A DNA stretch of 64,000 nucleotides, from contig JAJPKR010000031.1 of assembly GCA_021323595.1 (NCBI GenBank), forward strand, positions 13,599 through 77,598, given 5' to 3'. The DNA comes from Terriglobia bacterium. Lineage in GTDB: Bacteria; Acidobacteriota; Terriglobia; Terriglobales; SCQP01. Shown in pieces: positions 16,509 through 26,591 of the stretch; within the stretch, counting starts at the first letter, position 1, and every line of letters begins with the position of its first letter. The translations under genes and the position numbers were made by a program. The notes below the pieces were generated by a model that worked only from the letters and a program-made list of their open reading frames with translations, made no database searches and had not been told where the DNA came from.

Positions 16509-18074
16509 CCCGGCGCGCGTCCACTCGCCGTCCACCAGCCGCCAAATGCCGAGCGGATTGGCGTCGCGCAATTCCTGCGGCAAGAGAAATTCCGGAGCGT
16601 CTTGGTAGCACACCGGCCGCGCGAAGCGAAAAATGGCGCGCGTGCCTACGGACGTCGCGCGGCTGTCGGACGTCGCCGGGTACGGGCCGCCATGCACGAT
16701 CGCATGCGAAACCTCGACCCCGGTGGGATAGCCATTGACGATCAGCCGGCCGGCTTTGGTTTCCAGCAGCGCGACCAGGCCGGCGTTGCGGCGCAGATCG
16801 GTCTCGGTGGCGTGCAGCGTGGCGGTGAGCTGGCCGGGAAGGCGCCGCGCAGCCTCCAGCGCCTCGCGCTCGTCGCCATAGCGGACGAGCAGCAATGCCG
16901 GTCCGAAGAGTTCTTCTTCGAGTTTCGGATTGGCGGCCAGGGTGGCGGAGGACACCTGAAACAGGGCGGTCGAGATCGGCGCGGCTGACTTGGCGAGAAG
17001 CTCGACGCCGGCGTGCCCAGCGCGCTCATCCACGCCCCGGCAGTAGGCTTCGGCGATCCCGCGGGTGAGCAGCGTAGCGGGCGGCGTGGTCTGAATCCGT
17101 TGCGCCAGCTCGCGCGTGAAGCTCGTCGCCGCCGTGCCGGCGCCGGGCAAAAAGACGAGTCCCGGTTTCGTGCAGAACTGTCCGGCGCCGAGCGTCGCCG
17201 ACGCGTGCAAGCCGGCGGCTAACGCCGCGCCGCGTTCGGCCAGCGCCTCGGGCAGCACGAAGACAGGATTGACGCTGCCCATCTCGGCAAAGACCGGAAT
17301 CGGCTCGGCGCGCGCCGCCGCCAGATCCATCAGCCGGCGGCCGGCGGCGAGCGAGCCGGTAAAGCCGACGGCGCGTATCGCGGGATGGCGCACCAGCGCG
17401 GCGCCGATTTCGACCCCGGAATCGAACAGCAGCGAAAATACCCCGTCTGGAGCGCCGGAGGCGCGTGCCGCCTCGAGGATCGCCTCGGCCGCCAGCTCGC
17501 TCGTTCCCGGATGAGCGGGATGCGCCTTGACGATGACAGGATTGCCGGCCGCCAGCGCCGAAGCGGTATCGCCTCCGGCGACGGAAAACGCCAAGGGGAA
17601 ATTGCTGGCGCCGAAGACTGCGACGGGTCCGAGCGGGCGCAAGCAGGAGCGCAAATCGGGCCGGCGCGGCTGATTCTCCTGCGCGGGATGCGAGCGATCG
17701 ATGCGCGCGTCCACCCAAGACCCTTCCTCGGCGAGCGCGGCGAAGAGGCGCAATTGATTGGCAGTGCGGCGGAGTTCGCCGCGCAAGCGCGGCTCGGGCA
17801 GCGCCGTTTCCTGGCCGGCGCGCGCGACCAGCGCATCGCCGCGCGCCTCGAGACGCTCGGCACAAGCGCGCAAGAAGGCGCCGCGAGCCGCGCCACTCGC
17901 GGCGCGGTATTCAGCCGCCGCGGCTTCCGCGAGCGCCGCCGCGCGCTCCACTTCGGAGTCCGTCGCCGATACGAAAGCGGGCTCGATCGCCACGCCTCGC
18001 GCGGGATCCCACGCCCGAAATCGCGTTCCCGACTCCGCGCCCAGGGTTTGGCCGATGCGCGAACGGCCGGTCAT
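16503..18074 (-). CDS. NAD(P)+ aldehyde dehydrogenase, alpha-ketoglutarate-semialdehyde dehydrogenase-like
   Basis: 523-aa ALDH-family protein (FTGSLAAGRRL, EMGSVNPVF, GQFCTKPG). Its N-terminal pattern and length resemble KGSADH. It abuts the DapA-family gene with no gap. Confidence 0.8.
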   Translation of the reverse strand: MTGRSRIGQTLGAESGTRFRAWDPARGVAIEPAFVSATDSEVERAAALAEAAAAEYRAASGAARGAFLRACAERLEARGDALVARAGQETALPEPRLRGELRRTANQLRLFAALAEEGSWVDARIDRSHPAQENQPRRPDLRSCLRPLGPVAVFGASNFPLAFSVAGGDTASALAAGNPVIVKAHPAHPGTSELAAEAILEAARASGAPDGVFSLLFDSGVEIGAALVRHPAIRAVGFTGSLAAGRRLMDLAAARAEPIPVFAEMGSVNPVFVLPEALAERGAALAAGLHASATLGAGQFCTKPGLVFLPGAGTAATSFTRELAQRIQTTPPATLLTRGIAEAYCRGVDERAGHAGVELLAKSAAPISTALFQVSSATLAANPKLEEELFGPALLLVRYGDEREALEAARRLPGQLTATLHATETDLRRNAGLVALLETKAGRLIVNGYPTGVEVSHAIVHGGPYPATSDSRATSVGTRAIFRFARPVCYQDAPEFLLPQELRDANPLGIWRLVDGEWTRAGL

Positions 18075-18992
18075 CTAGGCCCTCGCCATCCGCTGCGCCG
18101 CCATTACCGTGTCGCGCTGCTTCAGCGCTTGGCGGATGGTGCGGCGCGCGGCGTCGAGCTCTTCGCCGACCAAGCTCAGCCGCGGCGGACGAACGCGCGA
18201 ACTGCCCATGCCGGCTTCCTCCTGGATGAGCTTGATGAGCTGCACGAACTTCGGGAGCGTGTCCATGCGCAACAGCGGCAGCAGCCAGCGATACAACTCC
18301 CAAGCGCGCTCCCATTGCCCCTGGCGGCCGGCGTTCAAAAGCGCCACGGCCTCTTCCGGCATCGCGTCCGCCAGCCCGGAGACCCAGCCCACCGCCCCCA
18401 TGGCCACGCCCTCGAGCACGACATCGTCCACGCCCACGAAAATCGCCAAACGATCGCCGCACAGAGCGCGAATCGCGGTGACGCGGCGCGCATCGGTGCT
18501 TGACTCTTTCACCGCTTGCAGATTCGCATGCTCTTCTGCCAATTCGACGATGTGGGCGGGCAAGAAATCGGCGCCGTACGCGACAGGATTGTTGTACAGC
18601 ATCGACGGCAAGGGCGTGGCGCGCAAGACTGCGCTCACGTGCGCTTTCAGCTCGCGCCAATCGCCGGGATACACGTACGGCGGGAGAATCATCAGCCCGT
18701 CGCAGCCCTCCGCCTCGGCGGCTTTCGCCAAAGCGACCGCTTCGCGCGTGCCCAGCGCGGAAATCCCCGCCACCAGCGGCGCGCGCTCGAGCGCGCGCCG
18801 GCAGGTCTGCAAGATCCGCTTTTTTTCTTCGAACGAAAGCGTGGCGGCTTCGCCCAGCGACCCGAGAGCCACAACGCCGGTGCACCCGGCCTCGATCACT
18901 CGCCGGCAATGGTCGGCTACGAAGTTGTAATCTGGATCAAAGTGCACATCGAACGCGGTGGTAAGTGCGGGCCAGACGCCCTGCCAGTCCAT
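18075..18992 (-). CDS. DapA/NAL-family (dihydrodipicolinate-synthase-like) lyase/dehydratase
   Basis: Start ATG 18992 (MDWQGVWPALTTAF...). DHDPS-family motifs GVVALGSLGEAATLS and YNNPVAYG. The track ORF extends to 19217, but that part crosses the AT-rich divergent promoter. Confidence 0.85.
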   Translation of the reverse strand: MDWQGVWPALTTAFDVHFDPDYNFVADHCRRVIEAGCTGVVALGSLGEAATLSFEEKKRILQTCRRALERAPLVAGISALGTREAVALAKAAEAEGCDGLMILPPYVYPGDWRELKAHVSAVLRATPLPSMLYNNPVAYGADFLPAHIVELAEEHANLQAVKESSTDARRVTAIRALCGDRLAIFVGVDDVVLEGVAMGAVGWVSGLADAMPEEAVALLNAGRQGQWERAWELYRWLLPLLRMDTLPKFVQLIKLIQEEAGMGSSRVRPPRLSLVGEELDAARRTIRQALKQRDTVMAAQRMARA

Positions 18993-19041
18993 CAAAATGG
19001 TTCCTCCCAGGCACGGCAGAGGAATATTATATCCAGTATTC

Positions 19042-19287
19042 GTGTCGCGCACTATATCTATCCTTATTGATCGGCAAGTGGTGTCCGTGCCAGCGGGCAC
19101 GACCGTGGCAGCCGCGCTCATGGAGCGGGAATATGCGTGCCGGCGTTCCCGATCCGGCGAACTGCGCGGTCCGTTGTGCGGCATGGGGATCTGCTTCGAG
19201 TGCCGCGTCACCATCAACGGCCAGCCGCACCGGCGCAGCTGCCAGATTCTTTGCGAGGACGGAATGGCCGTCAGAACCGGAGACTAG
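19042..19287 (+). CDS. (2Fe-2S)-binding small subunit (HcnA / opine-oxidase / D-hydroxyproline-dehydrogenase gamma-like)
   Basis: 81 aa from GTG 19042. Motifs GELRGPLCGMGICFECRVTING and RSCQ are typical of the 2Fe-2S subunit family. Confidence 0.7.
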   Translation: MSRTISILIDRQVVSVPAGTTVAAALMEREYACRRSRSGELRGPLCGMGICFECRVTINGQPHRRSCQILCEDGMAVRTGD

Positions 19288-19310
19288 ACGGGTTCGCGGC
19301 GGATTCGGCA

Positions 19311-20630
19311 ATGAGCGCAGCACCTTGGGATTTGTTGGTCGTGGGTGGAGGACCGGCAGGACTGGCGGGTGCAGCCTGCGCGGCGGAAGCCGGGATGCGC
19401 GTGGCTTTGCTCGACGACAATCTGGCCCTTGGCGGCCAGATTTGGCGCGCGGAAGCCACCCGCGACGTCAACACCGCCGCGGCCAGGTGGATCCGGCGAG
19501 CGGCCACCGCCGGCGCCAAGATGGTGACTCGCGCGCGCGTTTTCGACGCGCCCGCCCCCGGGGTGCTGGCGGCTGAGATGAACGAAGGCGACGAAGAGCG
19601 CCGGATCGAGTTGCGCTACCGCCAATTGCTGGTGGCCACGGGCGCGCGCGAACGCTTTCTTCCCTTTCCCGGTTGGACCCTACGCAATGTGCTGGGCGCC
19701 GGCGGATTGCAAGCGATGGTCAAGTCCGGACTGCCGGTCGCCGGCAAACGCGTCGTGATCGCCGGCAGCGGCCCGCTGCTGGCGGCGGTCGCTGCATACC
19801 TGCGCCATCATGGCGCCGAGATTGCGCTGCTGTGCGAACAAGCGCCGGCCTCGCAGACCGCCGGACTCGCGCTAGCGCTGGCGAAATACCCCGGAAAATG
19901 GGCACCGGCGGCGGCGCTGGTCTGGCAACTCGCCGGCGTGCGGCGCGCGACGAACTGCTGGCCGATTGCGGCTGAAGGCGATGAGGTGCTGCGCGCCGTG
20001 CGCGTGCTGCGAAACGGCCGCGAAACGCGCATCGCCTGCGACTATCTCGCCTGCGGCTTTCATCTCGTCCCCAACCTCGAATTGCCGCTGCTGCTCGGGT
20101 GCCGGACCCGCGGCGGCTACATCGAAATCGACGAGGCGCAGCGCACATCCGTGGCAAACGTCTTTTGCGCCGGCGAGCCGACCGGGATCGCGGGCGTAGA
20201 CGCGGCGCTGATCGGCGGCCAGATCGCCGCGGCGGCTGCCGCCGGCCGGCCGATTTCGGCGCGCCAGAAGCGCGCGCGCCGCCGCTGGCATCGGTTTGGG
20301 ATGGCGCTCGACCGGGCTTGCGCGCTCCGTGCCGAGTTGCGCTTGCTGGCGGGCCCCGAGACCTTGGTTTGCCGCTGCGAGGACGTCGCCTATGCGCGCC
20401 TGGCCTCGTGCCGCGATTGGCGCGACGCGAAATTGCAGACGCGCTGCGGTATGGGTCCGTGCCAAGGCCGCGTCTGCGGCCCAGCGACGCGCTTTCTGTT
20501 CGGCTGGCAGGACGTCTCGATCCGTCCGCCGCTGTTTCCGGTCCCGGTCGCTTCGCTCGCCGCGGCCGCGACGCCGGACACCGGCGCCGAGCCGGCGTTC
20601 GAGGCGGTGGCCGGGAAAAACGATTCATAA
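19311..20630 (+). CDS. FAD/NAD(P)-binding pyridine-nucleotide-disulfide oxidoreductase with C-terminal BFD-like [2Fe-2S] motif (HcnB/OoxA-like)
   Basis: ATG 19311. Dinucleotide folds DLLVVGGGPAGLAGA and VVIAGSGPLLAAVA; C-terminal CRCEDV...RCGMGPCQGRVC. Confidence 0.8.
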   Translation: MSAAPWDLLVVGGGPAGLAGAACAAEAGMRVALLDDNLALGGQIWRAEATRDVNTAAARWIRRAATAGAKMVTRARVFDAPAPGVLAAEMNEGDEERRIELRYRQLLVATGARERFLPFPGWTLRNVLGAGGLQAMVKSGLPVAGKRVVIAGSGPLLAAVAAYLRHHGAEIALLCEQAPASQTAGLALALAKYPGKWAPAAALVWQLAGVRRATNCWPIAAEGDEVLRAVRVLRNGRETRIACDYLACGFHLVPNLELPLLLGCRTRGGYIEIDEAQRTSVANVFCAGEPTGIAGVDAALIGGQIAAAAAAGRPISARQKRARRRWHRFGMALDRACALRAELRLLAGPETLVCRCEDVAYARLASCRDWRDAKLQTRCGMGPCQGRVCGPATRFLFGWQDVSIRPPLFPVPVASLAAAATPDTGAEPAFEAVAGKNDS

Positions 20631-21778
20631 TGGACGCGACGGGATTCGTGGAGTCGCCGCATCAAGCGCGTGGGGTGCGCATCTTCCTGGCTGGGTGCGC
20701 GATGGTCGCTTTGGGCGTGGTCCTTGCGTTCAGCGCCGGCTTTGCGCAAATGGCGCCCTCCGCGCCCGCCACGCCGGAAGCGGAGCTGCAAGCGGGAATC
20801 GCGCTGACCCGCCAGGGGCGCTTTGCCGCCGCCATTCCCCATCTTGAGGCCGCGCGCGGCCGCGTGCAAGACGAGTTCGCCGCCGATTTCGATTTGGCGC
20901 TGTGTTATGTAGCGACCGGCGAGAACGAAGGCGCGATCGCGTTGCTGCGGCCTTGGAGCAATCAGGTTGGCCATGCCGCGCAGGTCCATGATTTGCTGGC
21001 GCAGGCGCAGATCGGCGCGGGCCATGCCGCCACCGCGCGCGCCGAGCTGAAGGCAGCGTCGGCCGCCGCCCCGAACGACGAACGGCTCTATGTGCTCGCA
21101 GCCGACGCCTGCGCCGACCACCACTGGCCCGAACTGGGACTCGAGGTCGTCGCCGTCGGACTCGAGCATCTTCCCCGCTCGGCGCGGCTGCACTACGAAC
21201 GCGGCGTGTTCCTTTCCGAACTCCAGCAATCGGATGACGCACGGCAAGAGTTCGCGCGGGCGCGGGCGCTCGATCCGCACGGCGCCATCGGCGCGCTGGC
21301 GGCCAGCCAGGCGGCGCTGCTGGAAGGCCGGCCGGAGGCGGCGGCCGCGGCGGCGCGAACCGGGCTGGCAACGGCGCCGCACAACTACATCCTGCAAACT
21401 CTGCTCGGCCAGGCGCTTTTGAAGAGCGGCGCGCAGCCGGGCCAACAGGCCTTCACCGACGCCCGGGCGGCACTCGTCGAAGCAGTCGCCGCCCGGCCCG
21501 ATTTCGCGCCCGCGCAACTCGCGCTCGGCCAAGCCGAATTGCTGGAGGGCCATGCGCGCGAGGCAGTGGCGCATTTGGAAGCGGCGCGCCGCTTGGATCC
21601 CAATGCTACCGCCTGCTACGCACTGCTGGCGTCAGCGTACCGGCAAATGGGCGACATGGCGCAAGCGCGGGCGGCGCTGGCGGCGCTGGAGGCCGTCAAC
21701 CAGCACCAAGTGGCCCGGTATAAGTCCGCACCGGCGAGCTACGTCGGAGCCGCCCCGGCTGGCGGGACTCCACATTAA
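20630..21778 (+). CDS. TPR-repeat protein, membrane-anchored or secreted
   Basis: ATG 20630 overlaps the preceding stop (TAATG). N-terminal hydrophobic helix, then Ala/Leu-rich TPR-like repeats. Confidence 0.7.
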   Translation: MDATGFVESPHQARGVRIFLAGCAMVALGVVLAFSAGFAQMAPSAPATPEAELQAGIALTRQGRFAAAIPHLEAARGRVQDEFAADFDLALCYVATGENEGAIALLRPWSNQVGHAAQVHDLLAQAQIGAGHAATARAELKAASAAAPNDERLYVLAADACADHHWPELGLEVVAVGLEHLPRSARLHYERGVFLSELQQSDDARQEFARARALDPHGAIGALAASQAALLEGRPEAAAAAARTGLATAPHNYILQTLLGQALLKSGAQPGQQAFTDARAALVEAVAARPDFAPAQLALGQAELLEGHAREAVAHLEAARRLDPNATACYALLASAYRQMGDMAQARAALAALEAVNQHQVARYKSAPASYVGAAPAGGTPH

Positions 21779-21785
21779 TGAGCGG

Positions 21786-23504
21786 ATGCGAATGAGCTTT
21801 CGAGACGACCGGCGCGCGCGCTGCTCGCGGCGGCGCTTCTTGGGGACGGCGGGGCTGGCCGGTGCGGGAGCGTTGCTGCCGCTCCCGTGGGCGCGCGCCA
21901 TCGCCGCGACGGGAGGCGCCTTTGCGGAAGTGCCGGCCGCCGCCAGCGGCATCCATTGGCGGCACGTGGCGGGCATTTCGCCGCAGATGTACGAACCGGA
22001 GACGAACGGCGCCGGCTGCGCGTTTCTCGATTACGACGGCGACGGCTGGATGGACATTTACTTGGTCAATAGCGGCCGTTCGGATTTCTATACGCCTCCG
22101 CATTCACTGCGCAACGCTCTGTATCGCAACAATCACGACGGCACCTTTACCGACGTAACCGAGAAAGCGGGCGTATCCGGCGGCGGCTACGGCATGGGCG
22201 TGGCCGTCGGCGATTATGACGGCGACGGCCATCCCGATCTCTACGTGACGCAATATGGCCGCAACATTCTTTACCACAACAACGGCGACGGCACCTTTAG
22301 CGACGTCACCGAACGCGCCGGCGTGGCGGCGCCGGGCTGGTCCACGAGCGCCGTCTGGTTCGATTACGACAACGACGGGCGGCTGGATCTTTTCGTCTGT
22401 CAATTCGCGAAATTCGATCCCAAGATCTGGTGCGGCGACAAGCTCACGCATCAGAAGATTTACTGCCGGCCGAACGTGTATCCATCCATGCCGAGCTGGC
22501 TGTTTCACAACAACGGCGACGGCACCTTCACCGACGTCAGCAAGAGCAGCGGCATTGCCGCCTCGCTGGGCAAGGCCTGGGGCGTGGTGGCCGCCGATGT
22601 GAACAACGACGGCTGGATGGACCTATTCGTGGCCAACGACACGGTCGCGAACTTTCTGTTCATGAACCATCGCGGCCGTTTCGAGGAAACCGGCGCGCTG
22701 GCGGGCGTGGGCTACAGCGAATTCGGGCTGGCGCGCTCGGGCATGGGCGTGGATGCCGGCGACTACGACCAAGACGGCTGGCTCGACCTTTTCGTCTCGA
22801 ACATCGACCACGAAATGTTTGCGCTCTACCGCAACCAGCACGACGGCACCTTCAGCGACGCCGCCGCCAGCGACGGCATCGCCGCCGCCACGCTGATGCT
22901 GAGCGGCTGGGGCGTCAAATTCTTCGACTTCGACAACGACGGCAATCCCGATTTGATGCTCGTCAACGGCCATCCCGAGCCGCAGATCGCGCGGCTGGCG
23001 CACGGCGTGAGCTACGACGAGCGGCCGCTGCTGTTTCGCGGCGACGGCCGCGGCGGGTTCGTCAATGTCAGCGCCGGCAGCGGCGCGGTATTTCAGCAAG
23101 CCTTCGCGGGGCGCGGCCTGGCAGTCGGCGACTTCGACAACGATGGAGCGGTGGACGCGCTCATTTCCGTCAATGACGCCGCGCCCATCCTCTTGCGCAA
23201 CCAAGCGGCCGCGGGCCGCCATTGGCTCGGCGTGCGGCTGATCGGCAAGAAGAGCAACCCGGACGCGATCGGCGCCAAGCTGACCTATCGCGCCGGCGAC
23301 CTCGAGCGCCATCGCTGGCAAGTAGGCGGCGGCAGCTTCCTTTCGGCGCATGATCCCCGCCTCGTGCTGGGCCTTGGCGCGCGGCGCAAGCTCGACTGGC
23401 TGGAGGTGCGCTGGCCCCAGCCGGGCGGTTCGATCCAGCGGTTCACCGAACTCCCTGTCGACCGCTACATCACGATCACGGAAGGCGACCCAGGCTGGAA
23501 GTGA
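21786..23504 (+). CDS. CRTAC1-family protein (FG-GAP/VCBS repeats + ASPIC/UnbV domain), Tat signal
   Basis: Tat-type [16 protein letters not shown]. Repeated [36 protein letters not shown] and [10 protein letters not shown]; C-terminal [18 protein letters not shown]. Confidence 0.85.
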   Translation: MRMSFRDDRRARCSRRRFLGTAGLAGAGALLPLPWARAIAATGGAFAEVPAAASGIHWRHVAGISPQMYEPETNGAGCAFLDYDGDGWMDIYLVNSGRSDFYTPPHSLRNALYRNNHDGTFTDVTEKAGVSGGGYGMGVAVGDYDGDGHPDLYVTQYGRNILYHNNGDGTFSDVTERAGVAAPGWSTSAVWFDYDNDGRLDLFVCQFAKFDPKIWCGDKLTHQKIYCRPNVYPSMPSWLFHNNGDGTFTDVSKSSGIAASLGKAWGVVAADVNNDGWMDLFVANDTVANFLFMNHRGRFEETGALAGVGYSEFGLARSGMGVDAGDYDQDGWLDLFVSNIDHEMFALYRNQHDGTFSDAAASDGIAAATLMLSGWGVKFFDFDNDGNPDLMLVNGHPEPQIARLAHGVSYDERPLLFRGDGRGGFVNVSAGSGAVFQQAFAGRGLAVGDFDNDGAVDALISVNDAAPILLRNQAAAGRHWLGVRLIGKKSNPDAIGAKLTYRAGDLERHRWQVGGGSFLSAHDPRLVLGLGARRKLDWLEVRWPQPGGSIQRFTELPVDRYITITEGDPGWK

Positions 23505-23558
23505 GCCCGGCGCCACGGCGGCACTCCCATCCCTGTTCCCGGCCCCGGCCCGGTTGGA

Positions 23559-24551
23559 TCAATGCGGCTGCAGCAGATCTTCGGTGGTCGCCGGGGCGCG
23601 GCGATGGGCCGCTTGCGTGCTTTGCGCGAGCGCCAGTTGCCGCTGGGCCTTGGCCTTGTCGCCGGACCGTCCATAGGCGAGGAAGAGCTGATAATGGCCG
23701 GCGGGATCGTCGGGCGCCGCGGCGACGTATTTTTCCAGGCTCGTCGCGGCCTCGGCGTACTCGCCGACGGCATTGAGCGCCATCCCCAGGCCGAGGTAGG
23801 CCTCGGTGAGACTGGCGTCAATTTGGATCGCGCGGCGGAAATGGCGGATCGCTTCCGGCGCGTTCTTTTCGTGAAACGCGATGTCGCCGAGCATGAACTC
23901 GGTCTCGGGCGAGGCGGGATCCACTTTGAGTTCCGCCTCGAACTCCGCGCGGGCCTGGCTGGCGGTCTCCGGCGTCATCGGTTTGGCAAGCAGAATGCGC
24001 CCCAGTTGGTAATGAATCCCGGGCTGATTCGGATACTGGGCGAGGATTTTTCTATATGCCGCCGTAGCGTCTTGGTATTGTCCGCGCGCCACCATGGCTT
24101 CGGCGATCAGTTCCTGCGCCTCGGCCGACTGAGGCGCTTGGTTCAGCAAGCGCTGCGCCGCGCGGTCGGCGAGTTCGGAAAAATCGTGCGTCGTGGTGTA
24201 AAGGACCTTGGGATCCGTGGGAAACTCGCGATTCAACAAATCGAGCGCTTCGATCACCGCATCCTCGCGGTCGAGGGTCATGCCGCACTGGGCGCTCGCC
24301 AAAGCCGCGCGATAGCGCAGGCGCTTGCCGGCAACCGCGGCGAGATGGTGCTGCAGCAGCGCCAAAGCGCGCTCGCAATGACCATCCGCCGCGAGATCGA
24401 TGCCGCGAACGACCGAATCGGGTTGTGACCAGGGCCGCGCCGTCCGCGCCTGTTGCGCCCCCAGCGACGCGGCCAAAAAAAGCGGCAGGGCCAGCTTCAC
24501 AAAGAGCGGCCCGCGCGAACCCAGAGGACGGGGATGCACTTCGTGGTTCAA
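23559..24551 (-). CDS. TPR-repeat protein with signal peptide
   Basis: 330-aa ORF. The track start is TTG 24551, and an internal GTG (VKLALPLFLAASLGAQQ) is also possible. TPR-like repeats run throughout (AIRHFRRAIQIDASLTEAYLGLGMAL...). Confidence 0.7.
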   Translation of the reverse strand: MNHEVHPRPLGSRGPLFVKLALPLFLAASLGAQQARTARPWSQPDSVVRGIDLAADGHCERALALLQHHLAAVAGKRLRYRAALASAQCGMTLDREDAVIEALDLLNREFPTDPKVLYTTTHDFSELADRAAQRLLNQAPQSAEAQELIAEAMVARGQYQDATAAYRKILAQYPNQPGIHYQLGRILLAKPMTPETASQARAEFEAELKVDPASPETEFMLGDIAFHEKNAPEAIRHFRRAIQIDASLTEAYLGLGMALNAVGEYAEAATSLEKYVAAAPDDPAGHYQLFLAYGRSGDKAKAQRQLALAQSTQAAHRRAPATTEDLLQPH

Positions 24552-24759
24552 ATGTCTTATCCGCTTGCCTTCATCATAGCCGTTCAGTCCGGCAGGCTAC
24601 GTCGAGGCGGATGGCTGCGATTGGCCTCTGGTCCTGGCTCCCGAGTCCCTGTCATACTACAAGCGGTTCCTAGTACCGCCGGCATGCTCCGCCGCGGACG
24701 CCGCCGGGCTTTGCTCGACGGAAAGGCCGCGCTTTTCATCCGCCATCAGGGAGCGCGGC

Positions 24760-26541
24760 GTGAACGGTGAAACCGATTCCACGCTTTCCCTGCTCGATTC
24801 CGTGCCCTTCGACCGCAATCTCACTCGCCGTCAACTGCTTTACCTGCTCGGCGCGGCAGCGGCGCCGAGCCGGCTCTGGTGGCCGGCTAGGGCGGAGCGT
24901 GACACGGCCGCCAGCCGGGTGCGATTCGTGGACGTGGCGCGCCACTCAGGCATTACATTTCGGCATGACAACGCCGCCTCGCCGGAAAAATTCCTGATCG
25001 AGACGATGGGCGCCGGCTGCGGCTGGCTCGACTACGACCAAAACGGCCTCTTCGACCTTTATCTCGCGCAAAGCGCGGCCACGCCCGCCTACCAGCCCGC
25101 GCATCCGCTGCGCGGCGCCTTGTACCGCAACAATGGCGACGGCACGTTCACCGACGTGACCGAGCGGGCCGGCGTGGGGGCTGAGGGACTGTTCGCGATG
25201 GGCGTGGCGGTCGGCGACTTCGACAACGACGGCTATCCCGATCTCTATGTCTGCGGCTACGGCCGTTCGCGCCTGTTTCACAACAACCGCGACGGCACGT
25301 TCACCGACGTCACCGAGCGCGCCGGCGTGGCCAACGCGGGCCGCTGGGCCTCGAGCGCGGCTTGGTTCGATTACAACAACGACGGTTTGCTCGACCTCGT
25401 CGTCGCCAATTACGTGGATTGGTCGCCGCGCCGCAACTTCTACTGCGGCGATCGCGGGCCCGGCCTGCGCAGCTACTGCCATCCCGACGATTTCAACGGC
25501 ACGCCGCCGGCGCTGTATCGCAACAACGGCGACGGGACGTTCACCGAGGTCAGCGCCGCCTCCGGCCTCGGCGCCAAGCCAGGCAACGGCTTGGGGGTCG
25601 TGACCTTCGATTACGACGACGACGGCTGGCAAGACGTCTTCATCGCCAACGACTCGATGGCCAATTTCCTCTTCCACAACAACCGCGACGGCACGTTCAC
25701 CGAGCTTGGCTATCTCGCCGGCGTCGCGGTCGGCATGAACGGCGAGCCGGAGGCGGGCATGGGCGTGGATGCCGGCGATCCGTTCGGAACCGGCCGCATG
25801 GACCTGGTGGTGACGCATCTCGACAACCAATTGGCGCGGCTTTACGCCAATCAGGGCGGGGGACTTTTCGACGACGTGACCGTGCGCTGCGGCATCGGCT
25901 ACGCCACCTTTCTCATGAGCGAGTTCGGAACGCGCTTCATGGATTACGACAACGACGGCCGCCTCGACGTCTTCATGGCTTGCGGCCACGTGCTCGACAA
26001 TATCGCCCGCTACAAATCGAACGTGCGCTACGCGGAGCCCAAACTCATGTTCCGCAACGCCGGCGGCGGGCGCTTCGATAACGTCAGCGGAGAGCTGGGC
26101 GGCGATTTTTCGCTGCCCTGCGTCAGCCGAGGCGCGGCTGTGGGCGACTTCGACAACGACGGCGATCTCGACATTCTCGTCAGCAACAACGGCGGCGCGC
26201 CGCAGTTGCTGCGCAACGACGGCGGCAACGCCAATCATTGGCTGGAGTTGCTGCTGATCGGCGCGGGCAAGAGCAACCGCGACGCCGTGGGCGCGCGCGT
26301 GCGCGTCGAGGCCGGCGATCGCGTCCTGACGGATCAGCGCAAGGGCGGCATGAGCTACCAATCCGCCCAAGACCCGCGGCTGCACTTCGGCCTGGGCGCG
26401 CGCGCCGCCGCCGATCGCATCGAAATTCGCTGGCCCAGCGGCGGCCGCACCGAGCTGCGCAACGTCAAGGCCGATCAAATCCTCGCCGTCGAGGAAGGCA
26501 AAGGAATCGTGCCGCGCCGGTTCCCGCGCGCAGCGACGTAG
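24760..26541 (+). CDS. CRTAC1-family protein (FG-GAP/VCBS repeats + ASPIC/UnbV), second copy
   Basis: GTG 24760 with GGGAG upstream. Same repeat pattern as 21786-23504 (DFDNDGYPDLYV, DYNNDGLLDLVV, DYDDDGWQDVFI, DFDNDGDLDILV); C-terminal GGMSYQSAQDPRLHFGLG. Confidence 0.85.
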   Translation: MNGETDSTLSLLDSVPFDRNLTRRQLLYLLGAAAAPSRLWWPARAERDTAASRVRFVDVARHSGITFRHDNAASPEKFLIETMGAGCGWLDYDQNGLFDLYLAQSAATPAYQPAHPLRGALYRNNGDGTFTDVTERAGVGAEGLFAMGVAVGDFDNDGYPDLYVCGYGRSRLFHNNRDGTFTDVTERAGVANAGRWASSAAWFDYNNDGLLDLVVANYVDWSPRRNFYCGDRGPGLRSYCHPDDFNGTPPALYRNNGDGTFTEVSAASGLGAKPGNGLGVVTFDYDDDGWQDVFIANDSMANFLFHNNRDGTFTELGYLAGVAVGMNGEPEAGMGVDAGDPFGTGRMDLVVTHLDNQLARLYANQGGGLFDDVTVRCGIGYATFLMSEFGTRFMDYDNDGRLDVFMACGHVLDNIARYKSNVRYAEPKLMFRNAGGGRFDNVSGELGGDFSLPCVSRGAAVGDFDNDGDLDILVSNNGGAPQLLRNDGGNANHWLELLLIGAGKSNRDAVGARVRVEAGDRVLTDQRKGGMSYQSAQDPRLHFGLGARAAADRIEIRWPSGGRTELRNVKADQILAVEEGKGIVPRRFPRAAT

Positions 26542-26542
26542 C

Positions 26543-26573
26543 AAAAAAATGGGCCGGCGCAATGCGCCGGCCC
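26543..26573 (-). terminator. Intrinsic terminator of the TonB-receptor gene (also closes the convergent CRTAC1 gene)
   Basis: GGGCCGGCGC-AAT-GCGCCGGCCC hairpin (26551-26573). On the minus strand it is followed by seven T (A-run 26543-26549). Confidence 0.7.
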
Positions 26574-26591
26574 AGATGGATTTCACTCAGC

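Noticed and set aside
20741-20750. TTTGCGCAAA (also a TTGCGCAA core near 23208) as additional LacI operators.
   Set aside because: Only the 8-10-bp core matches, and both lie inside coding sequence (TPR and CRTAC1 genes). They are probably chance occurrences in GC-rich DNA.
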